Counted from the stretch's first letter, positions 45,001-57,900 are shown. The stretch: 64,000 nucleotides of DNA from an uncultured Chloroflexia bacterium (GCA_963751345.1 CAVVUS010000013.1:1-64000), one strand, 5' to 3'. Numbers and translations are program-made. Notes: generated by a model not told the origin, from the sequence alone.

Positions 45001-48000
45001 CCAGCGAGCTCGACGCGTAGGGCTTCGTCCCCGCGCACGTCGCGCTGGATCCAATCGCCTTGCCGTTCCGGTAGAGCGTGAGGTTCGTGCCATCAAAGAC
45101 CGCAGCGACCTGCTGCCAGGTGTTGAGCTTGAGCACATTACTGCTGCTGGTCACGTCGCAGACCTGGCTGCCGTTGCCGAACGACGCCTTGATCTCTTTG
45201 AGCGAGGTGTCTACGTAGAGACCGGGATAGCTGCGCTCCGGGGTATCGTGGTCGTCCTGGCCAAAGACCCCGACCCAGCCATTGGAGGCGGGCCGCGGGT
45301 TGATCCACGCAGCGATCGTAAACGTGCCCTCGTCACGGTGCAGGTTGAGGCTGTCGTCTGCCGCAGAGATGGTCAGATAGGACGTCTGGTCGAAGTCCGC
45401 GGCCTTTCCGACGACGCCCGCGATTCCCGCGTCGGGACATTGCGTACAGGTGACGGCGTGGTGGTGCGAGGAGCTGTCCCCATAGTTCGAGGCCGACGAA
45501 GCGTCGAACCTCAGCTGGAGCACCGGTTCCTTGAACCGGGACCGGATGTCGTCGGCGCCTAATACCCGCGGGTAGAGCTCCACCTCGTCGATGAAGCCTG
45601 TGAGATAGTCGGTATCCGCCGCCACGGCATAGCCAAAAAGCATAGCATTCTGCCCGCCGAAATCCGACGACGTCAAGGCGCCGTTCGCCCGGCGCTCACC
45701 GTCGACGAAGATCGCCTGTCCTCCCTGCGCGCCGCCGAAGGTGTAGGCGACGTAGTGCCAGGCGCCGGTGGCGTAGTCGATGCCGTTCGTGCAGATCGTC
45801 TCGGTCGTGCTGCGCCCCAGCCGGGCGCAGAGGTTGCCGCCGTCGAGATAGAGGTCGCGGTCGTGCTGCGCCGTCCCGGCCTTGATCGCGGAGGCGATGC
45901 CGCAGTTCTTGCACGAGGTCTTGAACCACAGCGAGAGCGTGTAGTCCTCCTCCGAGGCGTCGACGCCGCTGGTGACCCGGTCGTTGCCGCCGAAGTTGAG
46001 CGCCCGCAGATATGCGCCATCGGCGCCGGCTGTCGGGCACGCAGCGCCGCTGCACGTGCCGTCGTGGCCCGCGAGCGAGGCATCCGCGAAGGTCGTGGCG
46101 CCCGAGGCCTCGTCGAAGTGTAGCCACAAATCGCGCCCGTCGACCACGGCCTCGCGGATGTTAGCGATGATCGCGCCCGCGCGGTTGGTCAGGCTGATCT
46201 GCTGTGAGATCGCCAGCGGATCGACGGTCACGTTGCCGGTCAGCATCGTCTGCGCCAACGGCCCCAACTCATAGGGCTGTGGGACCAGAGTAGCGTCCTG
46301 CACGGCGGGTGGGAAGTCCACCTCCAGCAGGCCAAGCGCGTAGCGGTCGCGCAGCTCGTTGGCGACGGTCGCAGTATAGGCGACGGTGTCACCGGGCATC
46401 ACCAGCCCGTCCTCGTCGCTGACCTGGGACTCGATCGTAAGCACGGTCGCAGGGCCCGGCACGCGGGGGTTCATCCCGTAGACGCTCTCCAACTTGTCGA
46501 TCAGGCCGTCACCGTCGGTGTCGGGCGAGAGCGGATCGGAGGTCACGCGCGTGATGAGCGGCGCCACCCGATGGCGCGAAACCGTAGACGAACTCCCATC
46601 CTCTTCACCTCGTCGCCATCTTTCAGCCCATCGTGATCGGTGTCGGCGTGCCTGCGGATCAGCCCCGTATCGCACCTCGTCGTAGTCGGAGAGGCCGTCG
46701 CCATCGCTGTCCGCCAGCGTCGGATCGCTGCCCCACCGTACCTCGTAGAGATCCGAGAGCCCATCGCGGTCGGTGTCGGCCGTGCGGTCGCTGGGATCGT
46801 TGCCACCGAAGGCCTGACTGATCAGATCATCGCCGTCAGCATCCATCAGTGCGGGGAAGCGCGTCGAACCCGACTGGCCCCACGCCAGCGCATAGCCGCC
46901 GTCCTTGGGCGTGAGCGCGAAGAAGCCGGAGACCGTCGTGGGCAGGACGTCGAAGACTAGGCCCAGGTCCAGGTGGAGCGAATCGCTCTTGTCGCGCAGG
47001 TAGCAGACGGGGATCGCGGGCGGGGTCAGAAGCGGGTTAGGCACTATGAAGCACTCCTGCGCGTTGATCGCGTGCCCCTCGTTGAGATAGGCGGGCACAT
47101 CAACGTTGATCCCAGCGGGCGTCAGTAGGAAATCGTAGCCGCTGGCCAGCGTCGTCTCGTGCTCGAAGGGATAGTCGCCGGACCACGTCAACGGATTGGA
47201 CGTGGTCAGTCCCTGGAGCAGATCGAGATCTTCCTCCGCCGCTGCGAAGCTGTAGGCGAAACTTGACTCCTTCAGGTACTTGTTCGCGTACTGCCAGCCA
47301 TAGGTGTAGGCTAGCGGCGAGATCGGCCAGTGACGGTAGAGTTTCGTCGTCACGTCAGCACTCAGTTTGACCTCGTTGCCCTCGACGAAGCCGACGGTCG
47401 GATAGGTGTCGCGCAAGTCCAGCGTGAAGCCCTGGACCTGCAGCCGATCGTCCTTCTCAAGATCGACGATCGGGTTTTGGCTGTAGATCAGGAACTGGAC
47501 CAGCTTCGACAGCGCGCCGGAGATCCCCGCGCAGATGTAGTCGCGGATGATGGTGCCGCCGATTTTGTCGGGGTCGTCGGCCTGGAACTCGTCGAGACCC
47601 GTGACCGTGCAGATGATGCCGATCACGGCATCGATCAGGCCGATGATGGCGACGATGATCTGGCCGACGACCGGGATCAGGCCGATGGCAAACATGATCA
47701 CGGCGACGATGATCCCCGCGACGACCGACGCCAGCGCCTGGTCGAACCCAAGCGAGGCAAAGCGCACGCCGCCCATGATCATCTGGGCGACGAAGAAGCC
47801 TATCGAGATCGCGGCTGAGATGACCAGCCCGATGATCGCGGCGACGTTGGCCGCCGACCGCAGATCCACAGTGGCCGTCTCGATCGCGTTGCGCACGCCA
47901 TACTGAAACTGACCGGTGAGGTTCGCCTTGTAGAGCTCCAGCGCCGCATCGAGCACGTCCTTGACGGCCATCGTGAAGTCGATGGCCTGGAGCGCCGCGA

Positions 48001-51000
48001 AAACGATCTCCTCGCCCGAGGCACCGGAGAGCACCGCGTAGGTGATGATGACCACGGCACCCGCAACGGCTGCGCCGGCGGCAAAAGCAACCCCTGCAGG
48101 CACCTTGTTGCCGTAGAACTCGAGGTCGAAGATGTTGTCAATCCACGAGTCCTGCAGGTTCTTCTTCGCGCCGCCGATGGCCGCGAGCAGCTTCTCGCTC
48201 GTGGTACCCATGTACGTCAAGCTTCTTGGCAGCTTGCGCAGCGCGTCGATCGCCCCGCTGATGATCTGCTTGACGAGCCTCAGGGGGACGTTGGTCACCC
48301 CTTGCCAGCTCGACGACAGCCCCGAGTCGATGACACCATCGTCGCTGCGGTCGAGAACCACGTTTCCGGCCTCTACCACACCTGTCACGCCGCGATAGAG
48401 TGCCAGGTAATAGCTCTGGCTGAGGATGATCCGGCCCTTATTCTCGTAGCCCTCGGCGTCACCCTCAACGCTCGCGAAGAGGTCGCCGAGGTAACTCGCC
48501 ATGACGTCCCAATACTCGTCGATCGGGTACGCCTCCCACCCACCGGTCGCGTCGTAGCGGTAGGGCGCCCAGTTGAGCCCGGCGATCACCTCGTCGTAGA
48601 CCTCCGAGGGCGAGAGCGAGAGGCCGAGCGCGTTGTCGACGACCAGGCCGTTGAGCTCCTTCCCCATACCGGTGCTGCGGAAGTGCTCCTCGCGCGCGTA
48701 GAGAATCGTCGGCGCGCTCACCTTGGGCACACCGTTGGCGTCGAGGAAGTAACTGTCAAGGATCTGCGCCGTGTGCGTCATCGGCAGTTCGGCCAGCATG
48801 GACTGGTCGGGGAACGAGAAGGTCTCGACGTTGAGGACCTTGAGCGTCGGCGTGATCCCCCACCGCTCGTCAATCGTCGCCGTCGACGTGAGGTCGAAGC
48901 GGCGGGAGATCTCGGGCACGGTGATGTCCCGGTGGACGACCGGCGCCCTCACCGCTGGCGCGCCCGGTCACAAAGGTGTCGCTGAGGTTCGTCGCAACCT
49001 GCCACAGCCACCGCTCGTAGGTGGGATCGCGGTCGGGCGAGTTGGCGTTCTCGAAGACGGCGGCGACGTCGACGCCGTGGTCCTCGCGCACCGTCAGCCC
49101 CGTCAGGTACCAGTCATCGTAATAGGAGTGGAGAATGCGCGGTGGATTCGACTTCCAGTTGGCATCGTCCGCGCACCAGGTCTCGGCGAACGCATCGCCC
49201 AGAGTCTCGAAGTCTGTCCCGTCGGGTGGAGCGCAATAGTCCGTGATCGCCTCGACGAGCCAGACCAGGCGCACTGTCTGCGCTCTACCGAAATCCACCC
49301 CGTCGGGCCGGTAGAGGATGCGCGATGAGAAAGCCACGGGACTGTCGCCGTTGGTGTCGCGAACCAAGGTGACCGGCGCGTAAACCAACAGTGAGGGTTG
49401 GTCATCACTATTCTTGTACCGGACCGACATCTGGAGGGCGTCGGTCGCTGCCGTGTCGAGCCACGTCGTCACCGGCGTGGTAGCCGAGAGCGACGGCGCG
49501 TTGGGTACGACCGGCAGGTTGCCGTGGTGATCTGCGTCAGTGTAGGGGATCTCAATCTCCAGCATGGGAATCAGGCGCATGTCGCCCTGATCGTCCTTCT
49601 CGCCCACCGGCTCGCCCAATTGCGCATTGACGTCGGCGAAAGTCGAGTCGTTGACCCGCTTGATCTGCCCACCTCTGTCGCCCGACGGCCAATCGAGCAC
49701 GCTCAGACTGTACCAGAGGTGATCGGGGTTGGTCGGGCGGAGCTGGAAATCCACAAAGACAGGCGTGTCGACCGATTGGCTCGACCAGGTAAGATCCAGG
49801 TCAAGGCCGCCATCCTCCAACCCCTGGACGCCACCCTCGGCATTGCGCCCGCCCCCCATCACGGTCGTGCGCGCAGGATCGAGCATGTCGGGCACGCCGT
49901 CGCCGTCGTCGTCGACGTCAAAAGCGTCCGGATCACCATCCCCGTCGGTATCGGCGCAAGCGCTCCCGACACCGCCGGGGTTGAGATTGCTCAATTCGTA
50001 ACACTCATCCAGGTCCGAGATGCCATCGTGGTTCGTGTCGGGATCGTTCGGGTTCAGATACCAGCGCACCCCGTAGAGCTCGAATCCTGCCACCTCGACG
50101 CCATCATCAATCTGGTCGCCGTCCGTGTCGGCCCGGCAGGGATGCGTGCCCAGGTCGATCACCTCCACGCCATCGGAGAGACCGTCACCATCGGTGTCGG
50201 CCGCGGCCGACAGGCAGGCCACGTCGCCCACGGCGCAGGCCACGCCGGAGTCCGTGCAGGCGTCCGCCTCCTCGGCATCGGTCAGGCCGTCGCCATCTGT
50301 GTCAGCCGCCATCCCAGGCGCATCATCTCCGCTCCCCGGCGCATTGTCGGCCAGCAGTGTCTGCAGGGATGCCACGCTGGGAAGGCCGTTCTGCACGGGC
50401 GCCCCTGTGGTGGATGTATCGGCAGAGGGTCCCGCGGCTAGCGGGTCTTGGTGAGGATCAAAGTCAGTCGTCGTAGCCGCCGCTTGTGCTTCATCTGCGG
50501 CCTGCGACCGCGCCATCTCGTCGTCATACGCGGCAGCCTGAGCGTGTTGGTCGGCCTGGAATGCGTATGCCTTCTGCGCCTGAATCTGTGGTACCACGAT
50601 CATCGACAGGATCAGCAGCCCGACCAGCCCGGCGTAGACCGTGCGCGAACGCCGCCACACGAGCACGGCCACGAGGAACGCCACCACCCCGCCGAAGAGC
50701 CCGGCATTGGTGCCTACCCGCGCCAACTGGTGGGCGGTCGCTGAGGGCAGCCCTAACGGTCCCGTCGCGATCTGCTCTGCCCAGCCACTGAAATCGGTGG
50801 TGATCGTCGCGTCGACCTGGTCGCGGCCGGTGGGTGGGAAGTGCGCCTTCACGATCTGGCGCAGCGGAAGCCCCGAGGTGTCGAGCCAGATCTCGCCCTC
50901 GCCGGTCATGTCAGCGTAGAAGCTGGGGGTGTCCAGGTCGACGCCCGCCGGGAGCTCTCCCTTCCGGCGGAGCTCATCCTCGAGCTGGCCGCGCATGTGC

Positions 51001-51542
51001 GTCGCGAAGGCGGTCCCGTCGACCGTGAATGCGTAGCGCGTGAAGGTCACGCCGCCGCGAGACTCGGTGCCCAGCAGTCGCACGTCCGAGGCCCCGGCGA
51101 GATAGCCGAGGAGATCGTTGCCCGGCGCAAAGAGTGACGTACCGTTCTCGATCTCGCGCCACGCCTCCTGACCGACACGGCCGTAGGTCGTGCCTTGCTC
51201 AACCTTGAGCTCGACGCTGCCGTCCTGGTTGGCGACACTCCCGTCGCCGGACCAGAGCCGCATTCGCATCGTCTCGGCCGCGAGGTCCGTCTCACCCTCA
51301 ACGTAGATACGATCCTCGGTCGCCGCCTGCCCGGCGTTCTCCACCCGTAGCGTCGGCCACGTGCTCTGGACGATGTCGGTCGTGTAGCTGTAGGCACCGA
51401 TACGCTGTGCCTCGCGCCACGCACGTTGAACCACCGCCCCAGCATCGTCGACGGAGGCGCCAAAGGTGGGTTGGGCGATGGCAAGCCCGCACAGGGCAAG
51501 CATCAGGAGAACGAGGATAAGGTAGATGGATCGTTTTGTCAT
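36041..51542 (-). CDS. Giant exported multidomain protein (~5,100 aa): signal peptide, LppX-like domain, TM hairpin, Ca-binding DxDxDG repeats, hydrophobic helical bundle, 6 LamG domains, Ig-like domains, P-domain, YLP motif, CARDB; many frameshifts
   Basis: Continuous minus-strand coding across ORFs 48870-51542, 44657-48952, 41523-44273, 39204-41465, 37020-38633, 36041-37270 and bridging ORFs; domains run on across the breaks and no clear internal RBS/start was seen. Confidence 0.75.
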
Positions 51543-51594
51543 CGGATGCCTCCGTCTTTAGCTTCCGGGTTGCTTCGGTACGGCCATATCGTCT

Positions 51595-51632
51595 GAATCA
51601 CGGATTTCGCGGATTGCACAGATTTCACGGAT
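51595..51632. repeat. 9-nt tandem repeat x4
   Basis: ATCACGGAT TTCGCGGAT TGCACAGAT TTCACGGAT. Confidence 0.7.
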
Positions 51633-51694
51633 CGGATGCTCGCTCCCAGCTCGCTGACGGACATGCGCATCGATGGCGTTCGCGCCGCGCACAG

Positions 51695-51864
51695 CGTTCG
51701 CGCCGGATCTGTGATCCGGCGCTCTGCGACGGGCAGTGCCGGCGAATGCCGAACGTATCTCTCGTGATCGAGAGCTCTGCGGCGACCCCTCTCTCGGATC
51801 CCGCCCCGCCAGCCACGCCGCTCCCCCTGACGTTCGCGCCGGATCTGTGATCCGGCGCTCTGCG
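51695..51864. repeat. Two identical 34-bp palindromic direct repeats (second REP-like family)
   Basis: CGTTCGCGCCGGATCtgtGATCCGGCGCTCTGCG at 51695-51728 and 51831-51864. Confidence 0.85.
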
Positions 51865-51908
51865 GCGAGCACGGCGCCGGCAAATCACGTCCGGCCCCGA
51901 CATCCGGA

Positions 51909-54900
51909 TCACTCGCCACGCCTCAGCAGTGGCAGGAAGACCTCCCACGGGCCGTGACCCGTGCCGTGGAAGAGCGCATACTCGCCGGTCTGCGAGACCT
52001 GCACGACCAATCGTCCCATCACGGGATCGGCGCTGACCCCATCGATCCCATCGGACGTCCACGCGGTGCCGCTCCATCGCCTGAGCTCGACCTCGGCCCC
52101 GTCCTGATCAGCGAACTCGTCGGTACCGTAGGCGATCGTCACGGTCAACGGACGCCTGAAGGCGATAGGCGACAGCGGGGCCTCGTCTCGACCTGCGGTC
52201 AGTGCAAAGGCATGCCCCGCGAATCCGCCCGGTGGAGTGGATGCCGCCGTCATCGGAATCGGCACGCAGCCGATCGTCGTGGAGACGGCGACCGCGCCTG
52301 CAGGAACTTCCACGACGGTGGGATGCCCTTGAGCACTAGCGTGGATCAACACGCCCCCAACCATCGGGCCGACCTCGATCTGGAAGATCTCCGCAAGGAC
52401 ATCGACGGTCACCACCGCAGCGTCGTCGAGGCCATCCTCATCGCGCGCCGTATACGTGAAGACGTCTCGCCCCGTGAAGCCGGGCGCGGGGTCGTAGGTG
52501 ACCACCCAACCGTCGGTCGTAGCCGTGCCGTGGCCGGGCGCACCGATGGCGCTCACCTGGAGCGCCGTTCCCTCCGGATCGACGTCACCACGCAGCACGT
52601 CCAGGGACGCCGTCGTGCCCGCCAGCACCGTGAACGCGTCGTTCAGGGCAAACGGCGGCGTCGGGCGGTTGCGCCAGACCGCATTCGGCGCCAGCAGGCC
52701 GTTGTTCGTCCCGGTAAGGGCGTCGAGGTCGCCATCACCATCCAGGTCGCCCAGCGCGACCGACAAGGTATCCCAGTCGCCCAGCGCTTGCCCGGTGTTG
52801 GCGAAGACGCCGGAGCCGTTGTTCTTCCATATCTGGTCGGCCGACTGCGTCACCAGTGGCGCACGGGCATTCCCGACAAAGGCATCGAGGTCGCCGTCGG
52901 CATCGACGTCGCCCAGCGCCACAGCCCACGTCGCGCGCGCACCCAGTCGCCGCCCGCTGTCCACAAAGGCACCCGCTTCGTTCAGCCAGACCTCGTTGGG
53001 CTGCCCGTCCATGTTGCCGACGAACGCATCCGCATCACCATCTCCGTCCAGGTCGCCCGTGGCTACCGCGAAAGTGTCAGCCGCGCCAAGCCGCTGCCCG
53101 CTGTCGACAAAGACGCCGGCTTCGTTGAGCCAGACCTGGTTCGGACGGTTGTTCGCGATGCCGAGGAAAAGGTCGAGGTCACCGTCGCGGTCGAAGTCGC
53201 CTGTTGCCAAGCGCCCGCACCGGCTCGTAGCCGAGGCGCGTGACCGGCGATGAAGGTCCCCGGTGTGCCGCCCTGCAGGCCGCCGTCGTTCAACCAGAGC
53301 ACGTTCGGCTGGCCGACGTCGCTCCCCGTCACAGCGTCGAGATCGCCATCCGTGTCGACGTCCAGCAACACGACGGCATAGGTGTCCGTGTTGCCCAGCT
53401 CCTGGCCGCTGTCGGCAAACCGGCCCGCCTGACCCTGCGCCGTCTGGTTCATCCAGACCGTGTCGGCGCCACCGTAGGTGCCTACGAAGGCATCCAGGTC
53501 GCCGTCGCCGTCGAGGTCACCCAGCGCCACAGCCCAACTGTTCGCGAGGCCGAGTGCCTGCCCACCATCAGAGAGCGTGCCCGTGCCATCGTTGAGCCAG
53601 ACGGCATCCGGCGCCCCGTTGCGCACCACGTAGCCGTCGAGGTCGCCGTCGCCGTCGAGGTCGCCCAATGCCACGGCTTGCGTGTCAAGCACGCTCTGCG
53701 GCCGATCATCAGGTAGTTGTAGAGACGCCCCGGTGGGGCGTCTTCCGGTAGGGCCTCTTCGGGGCCTTGCAGGGCTGCAGCCGTCTCCACCGGGTAGAGA
53801 TCCACCCGGTCGAAGACTCCCGTGCCGCCCGCTACCGGCGCGCGGAACTGCCACGAGAAGGGCGGCAGGGCCCGGCCGTCGGTGGACTGCACGTCGCCGG
53901 TCAGCGTGGCCTCCACGACCTCACCCGGCCGGAAGCCGGTCGAGGGTGTGAACGCCGTCTGAGGCGCGAAGTCAACGACGCCAAACGAGAAGACGTCGTA
54001 GGGCGTGACCCGTACCCCACGTGCCCCGGCGTAGCTCCCGGTCTGTTGGCCGCGAACCAGGAAGCTGGCCGAGGTCAAGGTGTTGCCCGCGATCGGGCGC
54101 GTGCACGTGGCCGATGCCATCGTGCCGATCTCAAAGACCCGGAACGCCGGGTGCACCGTCGCGTCAAAGGAACGCGTGGTCACAGAGAGTCCGTCGGTCA
54201 CGCTGATGGCGACCGATGTCACCCCGAACGTGGCGCCCGTGGGCGTCAGCGTGATCGTGCCGGTGGCGGCCGGGCTCGCATATCCGACCACGGCAGGCTG
54301 CACCAGCGTCGTATCCGCCACGGCCGCCGTGACCGCGAGCGGCTGGCTCTCGTAGGGCCCCGGCCCGATCCCGGCCAAAGCAACCGCAATCGCGGGGCCG
54401 TCCTCGTCGAGCGTCTGGCCGCCGATCGCGCTCACCGTGGGCGGGTCGTTGACCGGGGCAACGTAGACATCGAACGTGCGCACGGTCGACAGCAGCCCAT
54501 CGGTCACCGTCACGTCGATGGTCGCCCAGCCGTTCCGGTCAGGGGCGGGCGCGAGGATCAGCCGGCCCGTCGTATCGGGATTGGTGTAGACCACCGTTGG
54601 CTGGGGCACGACTGGCGGGCGAGCGCGAGCGCCGCGGTCACCGTGACCACCTCGCTCTCATAGGGGCCGGGGCCGATACCCGACAGATCGATCGTCTGGG
54701 CCGGGGCGTCCTCCTTGATGAGGAGCTTGGCCAGCGCGTCCAGCGTCGGCGGATCGTTCACCGGCACCACGGTCACCGGGAAGCTCTTGACCGTGGTCGA
54801 TAGCCCATCGGTGAGCGTCACGACGATCGTCGCCGTCCCTTGCAGATACGGAACGGGCGTGATCGAGACCGAGCCGCCCGTGTAGGTGCCCGGGCCGTTG

Positions 54901-57900
54901 TCATAATAGATGACCGGCTGCGGGATCAGCGCCGTGTTGGTCGAGCTTGCGGTGAAGGCGAGCGCGGGCCGCTGCTCACTCTCGTTGGTCGGGCCGTAGC
55001 TGATCGCGCTGAGCGGGACGTTGTAGGTGCCGACGTTCTCGGCGACCGTGACGCTAACCGGGACCGTGAACTGCGGAGGATCGTTGACCGCCGTGATGTC
55101 CACCTGGAACATCGACGAGGTCGTGGCCACCCCGTCGCTCACGGCGACGGTGAGGAAGGCGACGCCGAACTCGTCGGGCGTCGGCTTGAAGACCAGATCC
55201 GCCGTTGTCTCGGGGCTCGTGTAGACCACCGTCGGCACCGGCACGGCGTAGGGCGCCACCTCCGTCCGCTGGACAGTCACGGTGAGCGCCTGGATCTCAT
55301 TGAAGGCGCCGCTGGAGATCCCGGTGATGTGCACGGTCTGCGTCGGGGCATCCTCCGGAATCGCAATCGCAGGATGCGCGTCGACGGTCGGCGGATCCTC
55401 GACGGAGGTCACCGTGACCGTGATGCGACCCGTCACGGTGAGCCACCCATCGCTGACGGCATAGTCGAAGTGGTCGAGGCCGTAGAGATCGGTGGCGGGC
55501 GCGTAGTGCACGACGTTGCCGGCAATGCTCGCCGACCCGCTGATGGGTGTCCCGACCGAAACGATCGACAGCGTCTGCAGATCGGGGTCGTGGTCGTTCG
55601 CCAACACCGGGATGTCGACCGCCACATCCTCCAGGGTCGATGCCGTGTCGTCAACGACCACGGGCGCAGAATTGGCGCCGCCGACGTCGACGGTGACGGT
55701 CGCCGAAGCGGTCAGGCCGCCACTATCGGCGACGGTGTAGGTGAAGACCTCCGACCCGTAGTACCCCGTGGCAGGCGTGTATAGGATGTGTGTGGTGCCG
55801 CTAAGGATGGCGGTTCCACCGTAGTTGGGGGTCCCCACGGCGACCAACGACAGCAAGGTCGCCATCGGCGTCACTGTCGTTGGCGAGCACGCCCAGCACG
55901 TTGCCCACCGAGTCCGGAACCACGATGAAGTGGTCGTCCACGGCCGAGGGGGCGTTCTTGTTGTTGAACCAAACCGTGTCCGGCTCGCCATAGTTGCCGC
56001 TGTTGCCAACGAAAGCATCCACGTCGCCATCGCCGTCGAGGTCACCAAGGGCGACCGATGTCGTCCCTTCCTTGCCCAGGGTCTGCCCGCTGTCCACAAA
56101 CACGCCCGTGCCATTATTGAGCCAGACGCTGTTGGCCACGTCTGACTCGCCACCGCGACCCAAGAACGCGTCCAGATCCCCGTCCCCATCGACGTCGCCC
56201 AGGGCGAGGTCGACAATCCAGCTGGGCAGCGATGCCCCGCCCTGGGTGGTGAAGATGCCGTCGGTATTGAGGCGCACCGGGCTCGACCCGTTGGCGAGGA
56301 AGAGATCGAGGTCGCCATCCCCGTCCAGGTCGCCAAGGGCCTCGGCCCACACGCTGGACGCGCTTACCTGCTGGCCACTGTCGGTGAAGTTTCCCGCACT
56401 GTCGTTGAGCATCAGCACAGAACCATCGGCGTACCGCCCAAGGACCATATCCAGGTCGCCGTCGCCATCTACGTCACCCAGCGCCACGTCGTTAGTCGAT
56501 TCAGTCCCGAAGCGCTGGCCGCTGTCAATGAACTGACCGGGCGTCCCACCCTGAAGGCCGCCCGCATTCAGCCACACCTCGTCCGCCGCACCTCGGTTGG
56601 TGACGGCGATGTCTTCGTCGCCGTCACCGTCCACGTCTCCAAGGGCGATCGCGGTCACATCATCGGTGCCCAGCGTCTGTCCGGTCGTCGTGAAAGCACC
56701 GTTCGCGTATACCCATACCTCCGCACCTGCGGTGGTTCCCAGCACGAGATCGAGGTCGGCGTCACCGTTGAGCTCCCCGAGTGCCACGGCGGTCGCGGCA
56801 GGCAGGGGTGCGAGACTCGGGGTGAAGACGCCGCCGGTGTTGAGGTAGAGCGTGGTCGTGGGGTAGTGCGCGGCGACAGCATCGAGGTCCCCGTCGCCAT
56901 CCACGTCGCCCAGCGCCACACCCATCGTGGCCTCGCTCCCCAATCGCTGGAAGGTATCGCTGAAGACGCCCGTTCCCTCGGTCACTTCGCCGCGGAACTG
57001 CCAGACGTACGGACGCAGCCCGCTGCCATCATCTGCCTGGATATCGCGGCTGAGCACCGCGACCAGCTCCTCACCCGGTTTGTAGGAATCAGCTGCCTGG
57101 AAGCTGCACATCTCAGGCCCTGCACCGAGGGCATACGTTCCTGCATAGACACCTGTCTGGCGTCCGCGCAACGTGAAGGTCCGTGTCGAGACGGTGGACA
57201 TGTCCAATGCCTTGTCGAAGGTCACAGACACGACGCCGTCTGCGGCAATCTCCCGCCCGTTCCCCGCAGGCGAGGTCGTCACCACCTGGAGGGGGGCGAC
57301 CCAAACGATGGCAGGGCCCACTTGGTTGTTCTCGGACACCTGGTCCGTGATGCAGCCCACGTCGGTCTGAGCGTAGATGACGTGCATGCCCGACGTGGCG
57401 AAGCCCGGATGCGTGAAGGTGAGGGTCACCACCCCGCCCGCAGCCAGCACCGGCGTCGCCTGCTGTGCCTCACTGCCGCTCCCGGCGTCACACGCCGTGG
57501 GGGCCAGGTCACTGTAGATGGCCGTGGAGAACGGCGTATCGACGTCCCCCGTGCCCCGGTTCGCGACAACCACCGTGACCGCAAGCGACGAGCCCAGGCC
57601 TACGGTGTCGCTGCCGACGGCGAAGTCCTCGATGGCCAGATCGCGGAGCCCATTGCTCCACACGGAGACGGGATTGGCCGCCAGAACCATGTCCAGGTCG
57701 AGATCGCCGTCGACATCTCCCAATGCGATGTCCCGTGCCTCGGCTGCGAAAGCTTGCCCGCTGTCGGCGAATTGCCCGAGCGTCCCGCCCTGTGCTCCGC
57801 CCTGGTTTAGCCACAGGCGGCTCGGCTCGTATGGATCGCCGACGGCAACTGCCATATCGAGGTCGCCATCGCCGTCGACGTCCCCCAGAGCGACGGCAAG

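Noticed and set aside
36041-51542. Programmed frameshifting or phase variation in the giant genes
   Set aside because: Breaks occur at similar density in unrelated enzymes across the window and not at consistent slippery or SSR sites
51695-51864. CRISPR array
   Set aside because: Only two 34-bp repeats, a 102-bp spacer that is itself structured, and no cas genes
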